A stretch of DNA of 64,000 nt from assembly GCA_017409785.1 (NCBI GenBank), contig JAFQSD010000004.1:48663-112662 (forward strand), given 5' to 3'. The stretch comes from Bacilli bacterium. GTDB taxonomy: Bacteria; Bacillota_I; Bacilli_A; RF39; UBA660. The notes under the pieces were generated by a model. That model was not told the origin of the DNA. It did no database searches and worked only from the letters and a program-made list of their open reading frames with translations. Both the position numbers and the translations under genes were made by a program. The stretch's first letter is position 1. Every line of letters begins with the position of its first letter. This document shows, one piece after another, positions 10,126 to 18,972 of this stretch.

Positions 10126-11910
10126 ATGAGTACAAAAGTAACAATAATTATACCTGTATATAAAGGTAAAAAATATATGAGAGAAGCAATTGATAGTGCA
10201 CTTGCTCAAACTTATAAAAATCTAGAAATATTAGTTATTAATGATGGTAGTCCTGATAATGGTGCTACTGATAAAATAGCAAGATCTTATGGTGATAAAG
10301 TTCGCTATATTTATAAAGAAAATGGTGGAGTATCAACAGTACTTAACATGGCTTTAAAAGAAATGACAGGAGATTATTTCTCATGGCTTTCCCATGATGA
10401 TGTATATTATCCAGAAAAAATAGAAGAAGAAGTTAAGTATCTAGAAGAACATAACTTAGTTGGTAAGAAAGCCATACTATACTCAGATTACGATTTAATA
10501 GATAAAGATAGCATCTTAATTACAAAATCAATAAAACCACATAAAGAAACAGTTGAAAAACCAGAATATGCCTTATTAAGAGGACATATTAATGGAATAA
10601 CTTTATTAATTCCAAAAAGAGCATTTGATGAATGTGGAAACTTTGATGAAAAACTAAGATGTGCTCAAGATTATGAACTTTGGTATAGAATGATGAAAGC
10701 AGGATATGACTTTATTCATATTCCAAAAATATTAGCTAAATCAAGAGTTCATGAAAATCAAGTAACAAACACTAATCCAAAAGTAGAATCAGAAGGAAAT
10801 AAATTCTGGATTGATATTACAGATGATATTCCTTATGAAAGTAAAGTAAGACTTGAAGGTAGTGAATATAATTACTATAAAGAAATGGAAAAATTCTTAA
10901 GAGAAACTACATATAAAAAAGCAGCAGATCATTGCTTGAAAAAAACACATGAAATGGAAAAACAAGCAGAAAAACAAGTTCCAAAAACTAAAGTATCAGT
11001 AATTTTACCATTTTATAATAATATTGATTTAGTAGTTCGCTCAGTTAATTCAGTACTAGACCAAACACATAAAAACTATGAATTATTATTAATTAATAAT
11101 GGTTCAAAAGATGATATTAGTGAAATTGAAAATTTAATTAAGAAGAATAAACAAATTAAATTAATTAACCTTAAACAAAATAAAGGTGAATCTAATGCTA
11201 AAAATGTAGGTATTGATAATGCAAAAGGAGAATACATTGCATTCTTAGATTGTTATTCAGAATTTCTACCTACAAAACTAGAAGTTCAATTAAAACAAAT
11301 GCTAGCATCAAGTAGTAAAATAGGACATACGTCATACTATAAAACTACTTCAGACAAGAATGAAGTTATTAATACTGGTATAGAAAACGGTGATGTTGTT
11401 TCTAAAATTATTTGGTCATGTGAAATATCTCCATCAACAGTTATGGTTGATAGAAAATATATTGAAGAAAATAATATTCGCTTCGAAACAAAAAATGAAA
11501 CTGCAGGAGATGAATGTTTCTATCTAACAATTCTAGCAAATAATACATTATTAGGAATTGATGAAGCGCTATCAACAGTTCCTTCACAAAAAGAAGAACA
11601 AAGTACAGAAGAACAATTAGATAGACTAAAAAATATTATGCGTTTTGTTTTAAATAATTCAAAACTACAAAAGTATAACTATGAGTTAGCTGGTTTAGCA
11701 AATAATTATATTAAAACAGCAACAGCACTTTCAAAAGAAAATGCTGATGATGAAATTGGAGCATATATTGATAGCCCAACAAGTCAAAAAATAAAGAACT
11801 CTAAATTAGTTAAACTAACTAAAAGAACAATTTCTTCATTTAAAGATGATGGATTTAGAAGTACATTTAAAAAGATTCAAAGAAAAGTAAAAAATAAATT
11901 AAAAAAATAA
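10126..11910 (+). CDS. two-domain family 2 glycosyltransferase
   Basis: Two GT-A N-terminal signatures, VTIIIPVYKGKKYM...ILVINDGSPD and VSVILPFYNN...LLLINNGSKDD, each with a downstream DXD-like motif. Confidence 0.75.
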   Translation: MSTKVTIIIPVYKGKKYMREAIDSALAQTYKNLEILVINDGSPDNGATDKIARSYGDKVRYIYKENGGVSTVLNMALKEMTGDYFSWLSHDDVYYPEKIEEEVKYLEEHNLVGKKAILYSDYDLIDKDSILITKSIKPHKETVEKPEYALLRGHINGITLLIPKRAFDECGNFDEKLRCAQDYELWYRMMKAGYDFIHIPKILAKSRVHENQVTNTNPKVESEGNKFWIDITDDIPYESKVRLEGSEYNYYKEMEKFLRETTYKKAADHCLKKTHEMEKQAEKQVPKTKVSVILPFYNNIDLVVRSVNSVLDQTHKNYELLLINNGSKDDISEIENLIKKNKQIKLINLKQNKGESNAKNVGIDNAKGEYIAFLDCYSEFLPTKLEVQLKQMLASSSKIGHTSYYKTTSDKNEVINTGIENGDVVSKIIWSCEISPSTVMVDRKYIEENNIRFETKNETAGDECFYLTILANNTLLGIDEALSTVPSQKEEQSTEEQLDRLKNIMRFVLNNSKLQKYNYELAGLANNYIKTATALSKENADDEIGAYIDSPTSQKIKNSKLVKLTKRTISSFKDDGFRSTFKKIQRKVKNKLKK

Positions 11911-11919
11911 TACTATGTA

Positions 11920-11946
11920 AAAAAGTACTATTAAGTACTTTTTTAC
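11920..11946 (+). terminator. rho-independent terminator
   Basis: aaaagtact/agtactttt perfect stem with a 4-nt loop and a T-run. Confidence 0.55.
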
Positions 11947-11981
11947 TTGTAAAGTAAAGACCATATATATAGTAACTAAAT

Positions 11982-12019
11982 TAGTCAAATTGACTATAAC
12001 AAACACAATATGATATAAT
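11982..12019 (+). promoter_or_regulatory. sigma-A-type promoter with palindrome over the -35
   Basis: TAGTCAA-T-TTGACTA palindrome (11982-11996) containing TTGACT, then an 18-nt spacer and TATAAT (12014-12019). It lies upstream of the ABC permease. Confidence 0.35.
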
Positions 12020-12053
12020 CAACGAGAGAGAATTTATAAAGAGAGGTATTATA

Positions 12054-12866
12054 ATGACAGCAATAAAGAACATAATGGCTAACTTTAAAAAATATAAATT
12101 TTTGATGGGTCAATTAATATTAAGAGATTTTAAAATAAAATATAAGAGATCAGTTTTAGGAGTTGTTTGGAGTTTATTATATCCAATCCTAATGATGTCT
12201 GTAATGGCATTAGTTTTCTCAAATATGTTTAGATTTCAAGTTGAGGGAACAAGTTATTTAGTATATTTATTAACAGGAATTATTATGTTCCAATACTTTA
12301 GTGAAGCATCAAACTTAGCAATGACATCAGTAGTTTATAACTTCCCATTAATTAATAAAATATATATCCCTAAATATATTTTCCCATTAGCAAAATGTTT
12401 ATTCGTAGGTATTAACTTTGTATTATCATTAATACCATGGTTCTTAATAATAATATTAACTCAATTTGGATTAGGTAATTATCCAGCATCAATTAATTTA
12501 TATTATTTAATATTACCACTTATCTTTTTATGTTTATTACTATTCACAGTAGGAATGGGATTCTTCTTATCATGTGTATCAGTATTCTTAAGAGATGTAT
12601 TTTATATTTATGGAATTGTATTAACAATTTGGCAATATTTCACACCAATATTCTATAGTATTGAAATTATTCCAGCAAAACTACAATTCTTATTTGAATT
12701 TAATCCGTTATATCAATACTTAACTGCAACAAGATCAATAGTATTATATGGACAATGTCCATCTGCATTAAACTTAATTCTATGTGTAGTATATGCATTA
12801 ATCGCAATGCTAGTAGGTTGTATTGTATTTAAGAAAAATCAAGATAAATTCATTTACTATATTTAG
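12054..12866 (+). CDS. ABC-2 type polysaccharide/teichoic acid export permease (Wzm/TagG-like)
   Basis: 270 aa with 6 TM helices, immediately upstream of the cognate ATPase. Confidence 0.75.
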   Translation: MTAIKNIMANFKKYKFLMGQLILRDFKIKYKRSVLGVVWSLLYPILMMSVMALVFSNMFRFQVEGTSYLVYLLTGIIMFQYFSEASNLAMTSVVYNFPLINKIYIPKYIFPLAKCLFVGINFVLSLIPWFLIIILTQFGLGNYPASINLYYLILPLIFLCLLLFTVGMGFFLSCVSVFLRDVFYIYGIVLTIWQYFTPIFYSIEIIPAKLQFLFEFNPLYQYLTATRSIVLYGQCPSALNLILCVVYALIAMLVGCIVFKKNQDKFIYYI

Positions 12867-12881
12867 GAGAGGAGAAATAAT

Positions 12882-13619
12882 ATGATAAAATTAGAAAATA
12901 TTTCCATGAAATTTAATCTAGGAATTGAAAAGAATTATTCAATTAAAGAAGCATTTATTTCTATCTTCGATAAGAAACGTCGTCCAAAGAAAACAGACTT
13001 TTGGGCATTAAATGACGTATCATTTGAAATCAAACAAGGCGAAGTAATTGGACTAATTGGAAGTAACGGAGCTGGTAAAAGTACTCTATTAAAAGTAGTT
13101 AGTGGAGTTATGAAACCAACTAAAGGAAAAGTTACAGTAAATGGTCAAGTATCTCCAATGATTGAATTAGGAGCTGGATTTGACTTTGAACTAACAGCAA
13201 GAGAAAACATCTATTTAAATGGTGCCATTTTAGGATATTCAAAAAAATTCATTGATGAAAAATTTGATGAAATAGTTGAATTCTCTGAATTAAGAGATTT
13301 CTTAGATGCTCCTGTTAAAAACTTCTCATCAGGTATGATTGCAAAACTAGCATTCTCAATCGCAACAGTTGTTGATCCAGAAATCTTAATTGTTGATGAA
13401 ATTCTATCTGTAGGAGATATCAAATTCCAAGAAAAAAGTAAAAATAAAATGATGGAAATGATCAAAGGTGGAACAACAGTACTATACGTATCACACTCAT
13501 TAGAATCAATCGAAGAATTATGTGATAGAGTAGTATGGTTAGAACACGGTAAATTAATTAAGATTGGTAATACCAAAGAAATTTGTAAAGAATACTATAA
13601 AAAACAATTAAATAAATAA
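12882..13619 (+). CDS. ABC transporter ATP-binding protein (Wzt/TagH-like, short form)
   Basis: Walker A GSNGAGKST, signature LSSGM, Walker B ILIVDE. 245 aa, so it lacks a C-terminal glycan-binding domain. Confidence 0.85.
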   Translation: MIKLENISMKFNLGIEKNYSIKEAFISIFDKKRRPKKTDFWALNDVSFEIKQGEVIGLIGSNGAGKSTLLKVVSGVMKPTKGKVTVNGQVSPMIELGAGFDFELTARENIYLNGAILGYSKKFIDEKFDEIVEFSELRDFLDAPVKNFSSGMIAKLAFSIATVVDPEILIVDEILSVGDIKFQEKSKNKMMEMIKGGTTVLYVSHSLESIEELCDRVVWLEHGKLIKIGNTKEICKEYYKKQLNK

Positions 13620-13647
13620 AAGAGAACTAATTTAGTTCTCTTTTTTC
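13618..13647 (+). terminator. rho-independent terminator
   Basis: agagaacta/tagttctct stem followed by tttttt. Confidence 0.65.
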
Positions 13648-13696
13648 AATTATGTGAAAATGTGGTGATATCTAGTAATTTTCACAATTTTGTGGT

Positions 13697-14662
13697 ATGA
13701 TAAGCATATGTCGAGGAGATGATGTAATCTTGAGAAAATGCGTTATTATCATAAATCCCGAAAGTGGAAAGAAGAAAAAATTAAAAAATTATAATATATT
13801 TTATGACACATTAAGAAAATATGGTTACGATACTGAAATAATATTTACCAAAAGAAAAGGTCATGCTACTGAAATTGTTCAAGAATTAGACAAGAATATT
13901 GACCTTGTTATCAGCGCCGGAGGAGACGGAACACTAAATGAAGTTGTAACTGGTAACATGCAAAGAAAACACAAACTATTAATAGCTAATCTACCTTTAG
14001 GTACAACTAATGATGTAGGTAATATGTATGGTTATACAAAAGATATTAAAAGTAATCTAGAAATATTATTAGAAGGAAAACCTAAAAAGATTGATGTTTG
14101 CTATATTAATGATACTGCTTTTGTATATGTAGCTTGTTTAGGAGACTACATTGATATGGCTTACAATACACCACGACAATTAAAGAAAAAATATGGAAAA
14201 CTTGCTTATATTTTATATGGATTAAAACAATTAAGACCTAAAATTCATTCTTATAACATAAAATATAAAGTAAATGGTAGAGAGCATGAAGGAAAATATT
14301 CATTCTTCTTTATCACTAATTCATCACGTGTAGCAGGAGTTTCTGATATTTATTATGATGTTAAACTAGATGATAATAAATTTGAAGTAGCTTTCGCAGA
14401 TGTCAAAAACTACCGAGATTTAGTAAAGATGTTTATATTAATGAATGTTGTAGATATTAAAGATATTCCAGGAATAACATATTACAAAACAAATAATTTA
14501 GAAATTGAATTTTATGATAATCCTAAAACATCATGGTGTGTTGATGGAGAAGAATATACAAATCCAGTACACAAATATAAATTTAGGGTAGAAAAAGACA
14601 TGAAAATGTTAATGCCTAGAAAAAATATTAAAGAATTATTTGAAGAGGAAAATGTTGAGTAA
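13697..14662 (+). CDS. DagK/YegS-family lipid kinase
   Basis: VISAGGDGTLNEVV catalytic motif; 321 aa. The start is uncertain because the RBS is weak. Confidence 0.7.
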   Translation: MISICRGDDVILRKCVIIINPESGKKKKLKNYNIFYDTLRKYGYDTEIIFTKRKGHATEIVQELDKNIDLVISAGGDGTLNEVVTGNMQRKHKLLIANLPLGTTNDVGNMYGYTKDIKSNLEILLEGKPKKIDVCYINDTAFVYVACLGDYIDMAYNTPRQLKKKYGKLAYILYGLKQLRPKIHSYNIKYKVNGREHEGKYSFFFITNSSRVAGVSDIYYDVKLDDNKFEVAFADVKNYRDLVKMFILMNVVDIKDIPGITYYKTNNLEIEFYDNPKTSWCVDGEEYTNPVHKYKFRVEKDMKMLMPRKNIKELFEEENVE

Positions 14663-15476
14663 TATGAAAAAAGTAAAAAAGGAAAAGAAACCAAGTTTTA
14701 CTAAGAGACTATTAGAAGGAAAAGAAAAATCCACAATCATAACTTACTTAGTATTACGTCTATTAGTAATAGTTTGTATGGTTGGACAAGCTATGCATAA
14801 AAACTGGGAAAATGTATTTTTATGTATGTTAACACTAGTAATGTTCACAGTACCAACACTATTAGAAAAAAAACTTAAAATAGATTTTCCATCTACTTTA
14901 GAAATTATTGTATATTTATTCATTTTTGCTGCAGAAATATTAGGTGAAATTCAAAACTTCTATGGAATATTTGAAACATGGGACACAATGCTACATACGT
15001 TAAATGGGTTTCTCTGCGCAGCAGTAGGATTCTCACTTATCGATATAATCAATAGAGAGGAAAGATTTAATATTAAATTATCTCCATTATTTCTATCGTT
15101 AGTAGCATTCTGTTTCTCAATGACAGTAGGAGTTATGTGGGAATTCTTCGAATTCACCGCAGATAGATACTTCTTATTTGATATGCAAAAAGATAGAGTA
15201 GTAGATGTAGTTTCCTCAGTATCATTAAATGATAAAAATGAAAATAAAGTTGAAATAATAGATAATATAGATAAAACAATAATCTATACAAAAGATAATG
15301 AACAAATAGTAATTGAAGATGGCTATTTAGAATTAGGAGTAATTGATACAATGAAAGATTTATTTGTAAACTTCATTGGAGCAGTAGTATTTTCAATATT
15401 TGGTTTTCTCTATGTAATAAATAGAGAAAAATATAAAGGATTAGAGAAAATAATTCCTAGAGTAAAAAGAGATTAA
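14652..15476 (+). CDS. integral membrane protein, function unknown
   Basis: Several TM helices. The track ORF begins with TTG at 14640 inside the upstream gene, so the first ATG was taken as the start. Confidence 0.4.
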   Translation: MLSNMKKVKKEKKPSFTKRLLEGKEKSTIITYLVLRLLVIVCMVGQAMHKNWENVFLCMLTLVMFTVPTLLEKKLKIDFPSTLEIIVYLFIFAAEILGEIQNFYGIFETWDTMLHTLNGFLCAAVGFSLIDIINREERFNIKLSPLFLSLVAFCFSMTVGVMWEFFEFTADRYFLFDMQKDRVVDVVSSVSLNDKNENKVEIIDNIDKTIIYTKDNEQIVIEDGYLELGVIDTMKDLFVNFIGAVVFSIFGFLYVINREKYKGLEKIIPRVKRD

Positions 15477-15536
15477 TATAATTTCTTTTTTTATCAAATG
15501 TGATATCATATTAGATAGAATAAGAGGTAGTTGTAA

Positions 15537-16208
15537 ATGAAGAAAGTAAATAAAGAAAAGACGGAGAAAAAATTAACTATAAAATTAATACTATGTATTG
15601 TATATTTAATAGTTATAACAATTTTATTTGTCTGTTCATACCAACTTTTCCAATCCAAATATAGTGCTAAACCTTGGGGAGAAGTTGAAAGTGTAGATGA
15701 ATATTCATATATCAATGTATCCAGAATGTCAGAAAAATTCGCTTATTATGAAAAAGAAAATATAGGAATTCACTTTGTAATAGAAAAAGAATCAACTGGA
15801 GTATGGCATACATATTTAATCGCAATTGATGAAAATGATTATGATAAATATAAAGAAATAATTGACTATACATATGAACGAACAAAAGAAGAACCAAAAC
15901 CATTAAAAGTATATGGTTATCCAGAAATAATTAAATCAGACCTAAAAGGTTTAGCTATAAAAAATATAGTTAATTTCGTACCAGCAGAAAATGAAGTAAC
16001 CATTACAGAAGATAACTTTGAAACATATTTAACTAATAGTTACTTAGATACAACTAAAGAAAAACAAGATTATTTTAGTATCATTTTATTTATAACACTA
16101 ATCTTATTATTTATTATGATAGCTTTATTCTTATTCACAGTATTTGATAAGAATAAAGTAATAAGTTTACCAAAAGTAAAAAAAGAAAAACTAAATAATA
16201 AAAACTAA
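15537..16208 (+). CDS. membrane-anchored hypothetical protein (N-terminal and C-terminal TM helices)
   Basis: RBS aagaggtag; hydrophobic stretch after a Lys-rich N-terminus and again near the C-terminus. Confidence 0.4.
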   Translation: MKKVNKEKTEKKLTIKLILCIVYLIVITILFVCSYQLFQSKYSAKPWGEVESVDEYSYINVSRMSEKFAYYEKENIGIHFVIEKESTGVWHTYLIAIDENDYDKYKEIIDYTYERTKEEPKPLKVYGYPEIIKSDLKGLAIKNIVNFVPAENEVTITEDNFETYLTNSYLDTTKEKQDYFSIILFITLILLFIMIALFLFTVFDKNKVISLPKVKKEKLNNKN

Positions 16209-16250
16209 TAAATTCCATATATCCTCATATACTACTAAAAGGAGGAATAT

Positions 16251-17489
16251 ATGGAATTTTTTGAATTAACAGAAAAAGAATATCAAAACTACTGGGAAAA
16301 TCATCCATTAAAAACTTTTCTATCTTCTATAGAAATAGGTAAACTAAGACAAAAAAGAAACTGGAATGTTAATTATGTAGGAATAAAAGAAAATAATAAT
16401 ATATATGGCGCAGCCATGCTTTTAAGTAAGAAAAAACATCTTAACAAATACGAATTCTATAGTCCTAGAGGATTCTTAATAGACTATAATAATAAAGAAT
16501 TATTAGACTTCTTTACCAAAGAAATTATTAAATATATAAAAAATAAAAATGGCTATATATTAAGAATAGACCCATATATCATTAATAAAGAAAGAGATAT
16601 AAATGGAGATATAGTTGAAAATGGACAAGACAATAAAATGATTATAGAACACCTAAATAACTTAGGTTTTAATAAAATTAAAACATCCAAGAACGAACAA
16701 GTATCATGGATGTTTTCATTAGATTTAGCTGGTAAAACAGAAGAACAAATTTTAAATGAAATGAAACCAAATACTAGAAATATAATAAAAAAAGTAGAGA
16801 AAAATGGCATTCGAATAAAAGAACTAGAATTTAATGAATTACCAGTATTTAGTGATATTCTAAATAAAACAGCAAAAAGAAAAGATTTTCATCCACGAAG
16901 TATAGAATATTATGAAGATATGTATAATCTTTTTCATCATAAAAATGAAGTTAAGTATTATATAACTGAATTAAATATAAATGAATATGTCGAAATACTA
17001 ACCAAAGATCTAGCAGAAAAACAAGAAAAACTAAAATCTAAAAATATGAAAAAAACTAGAAGAGAAGAATTAGAAAAAGATATCCAAACAATAGAAAGAA
17101 AAATAAAAGAAGCAAAAGATATAAAAGATAAAACAAAAAGTGATATAATAACTTTATCAGGATCTATGTTTATGTTCATTAAACCAGAAATAGTATACTT
17201 ATCAAGTGGTAACTATGAAGAATACTTAAAGTTTAATTCACAGTATCTCTTACAATGGGAAGTAATAAAGTATGGATTAAACAATGGTTATAAAAAACAT
17301 AACTTTTATGGTATCCCAGAAAATATAAATAACCATCCTGATAATTATGGTATTTATGAATTTAAAAAGGGTTTTAATGGATATGTTGAGGAATTAATAG
17401 GAGAGTATGAACTACCAATTACAAATTACTATTACTTACATAAATTATTCCAAAAGCTCAAGGAGGTAAAATATGCATTACACTTATAA
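16251..17489 (+). CDS. FemAB-family aminoacyltransferase (peptidoglycan interpeptide bridge formation)
   Basis: About 410 aa. The N-terminal region resembles FemX/FemA (..TFLSS..WNVNYVGIKENNNIYGAAMLL..), with a central charged coiled-coil insertion as in FemA/FemB. Confidence 0.65.
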   Translation: MEFFELTEKEYQNYWENHPLKTFLSSIEIGKLRQKRNWNVNYVGIKENNNIYGAAMLLSKKKHLNKYEFYSPRGFLIDYNNKELLDFFTKEIIKYIKNKNGYILRIDPYIINKERDINGDIVENGQDNKMIIEHLNNLGFNKIKTSKNEQVSWMFSLDLAGKTEEQILNEMKPNTRNIIKKVEKNGIRIKELEFNELPVFSDILNKTAKRKDFHPRSIEYYEDMYNLFHHKNEVKYYITELNINEYVEILTKDLAEKQEKLKSKNMKKTRREELEKDIQTIERKIKEAKDIKDKTKSDIITLSGSMFMFIKPEIVYLSSGNYEEYLKFNSQYLLQWEVIKYGLNNGYKKHNFYGIPENINNHPDNYGIYEFKKGFNGYVEELIGEYELPITNYYYLHKLFQKLKEVKYALHL

Positions 17490-17721
17490 AACAAAAGGAA
17501 CATGTTCTACACAAATTGATTTCGATATCAAGGATAATAAAATATATAATGTTGAATACACAAGAGGTTGTAATGGGAATCTAAAAGCAATTGCTTCACT
17601 AGTAGAAGGACAAGAAGTAGATGAAGTAATAAAAAAATTAAGTGGTATTACTTGTGGATTTAAAAATACATCTTGTGGTGATCAACTAGCAAAAGCACTA
17701 GAAGAAATAAAAGTAAAATAG
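17473..17721 (+). CDS. TSCPD-domain small protein (TIGR03905-like)
   Basis: 82 aa with motifs TRGCNGNLKA and KNTSCGDQLA. It overlaps the end of the FemAB gene. Confidence 0.55.
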   Translation: MHYTYKTKGTCSTQIDFDIKDNKIYNVEYTRGCNGNLKAIASLVEGQEVDEVIKKLSGITCGFKNTSCGDQLAKALEEIKVK

Positions 17722-17724
17722 TAC

Positions 17725-17752
17725 TTTACACACCACAAATATATGTTATAAT
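17725..17752 (+). promoter_or_regulatory. candidate promoter, TTTACA-16-TGtTATAAT
   Basis: Seen directly; located 4 nt after the upstream stop codon. Confidence 0.35.
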
Positions 17753-17758
17753 GAATTC

Positions 17759-17877
17759 ATCAACGGACTTACCATATGCTGATGAATAGACAATTTGGAC
17801 GATAATTTATATTTTTAGGTAAGAAAAATATATCTATTCGGGAATACTTTGCGAAAGCAAGGTATTCCCTTTTTTTT
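17759..17877 (+). ncRNA. candidate small RNA (about 120 nt) between promoter and terminator
   Basis: Promoter at 17725-17752, an internal hairpin tcatca..tgatga, and a strong terminator. It has no ORF with an RBS. Confidence 0.25.
17840..17877 (+). terminator. strong rho-independent terminator (13-bp stem, GAAA tetraloop, T8)
   Basis: gggaatactttgc GAAA gcaaggtattccc tttttttt. Confidence 0.75.
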
Positions 17878-17965
17878 GTCCCTAAAGGAGGTGTTATCAA
17901 AATAAATATTTAATTAAAACAAAAAAACAATAAACAAAAATAAAAAAAAGGAAGGAGAAAGAAAT

Positions 17966-18901
17966 ATGAAAAATGAAATAATAATATTTGAAGATCAAAA
18001 TGTAAAATTAGAAGTAAATATGAAAGATGAGACAGTATGGTTAAACCAAGAACAAATTAGCATACTTTTTGGTAAGGCAAAATCAACTATAAATGAACAT
18101 ATAAAAAATATTTATAGTGAAGGAGAATTGATAGAAGAAGAAACGTTAAGTAAATTCGGAAATTCCGAATTAAGCACTAAACCAACAAATTATTACAATT
18201 TAGATGTAATTATAAGTGTAGGCTATAGAGTAAAGTCACAACGAGGAATCGCATTTAGAAAATGGGCAACAAAAGTATTAAAAGATTACATGATGAAAGG
18301 ATATGCAGTAAATAAACAACGACTTGAGTATCTAGAAAAAACAGTTAAATTAATAGATATTGCCAATAGAATGGATGATAGGCTAGAAAGTAATGAAGCT
18401 AAAGAAATACTAAGAGTAATTGGTACTTATTCTAAAGCCCTTAATGTCTTAGATGATTATGATCATCGTACTTTACAAAAGTTAAAAGGGAAAAATAGTA
18501 ATCTAAGAATAGAATATAATGAATGTTTAGAGGTAATAAACAAATTACGTTTTAACGAAGAAAGTGATTTATTTGCCTTAGAAAAAAATAAAGGACTTGA
18601 ATCTATAATCAACAATATTTATCAAACTTTTGGTGGACAAGAAGTATATCCATCCATAGAGGAAAAAGCTGCTAATTTTATTTATATGATAGTAAAAAAC
18701 CATGTTTTTATTGATGGAAATAAACGTATAGCAGCAACACTATTTATATATTTTCTACAATTCTATAACATACTTTATATAAATGAAAAACAAGTCATTG
18801 ATAATAATACATTAGTTGCTTTAACACTTTTAATAGCAGAATCAAATCCAAAAGAAAAAGATATAATAGTTGATTTAATAATGAACTTCCTTACAAATTA
18901 A
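17966..18901 (+). CDS. RhuM-family protein with C-terminal Doc/Fic domain
   Basis: The N-terminal region matches the RhuM virulence-protein family. The C-terminal region carries the Doc-type motif HVFIDGNKR. Confidence 0.6.
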   Translation: MKNEIIIFEDQNVKLEVNMKDETVWLNQEQISILFGKAKSTINEHIKNIYSEGELIEEETLSKFGNSELSTKPTNYYNLDVIISVGYRVKSQRGIAFRKWATKVLKDYMMKGYAVNKQRLEYLEKTVKLIDIANRMDDRLESNEAKEILRVIGTYSKALNVLDDYDHRTLQKLKGKNSNLRIEYNECLEVINKLRFNEESDLFALEKNKGLESIINNIYQTFGGQEVYPSIEEKAANFIYMIVKNHVFIDGNKRIAATLFIYFLQFYNILYINEKQVIDNNTLVALTLLIAESNPKEKDIIVDLIMNFLTN

Positions 18902-18972
18902 AAAGAATAGTTTAGTTTTACCAATATTTTTGATATAATTAATTTGAATTATTTTAAAGGTAGGCGAACGAT

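Noticed and set aside
14640-14651. N-terminal extensions in the track that begin at TTG (14640, 24923, 57488) or at an upstream ATG with no RBS (6334, 36847, 26147, 50064, 38311, 40925)
   Set aside because: In each case a downstream in-frame ATG has a properly spaced GGAGG-type RBS and/or matches the homologous N-terminus, so the starts were trimmed.
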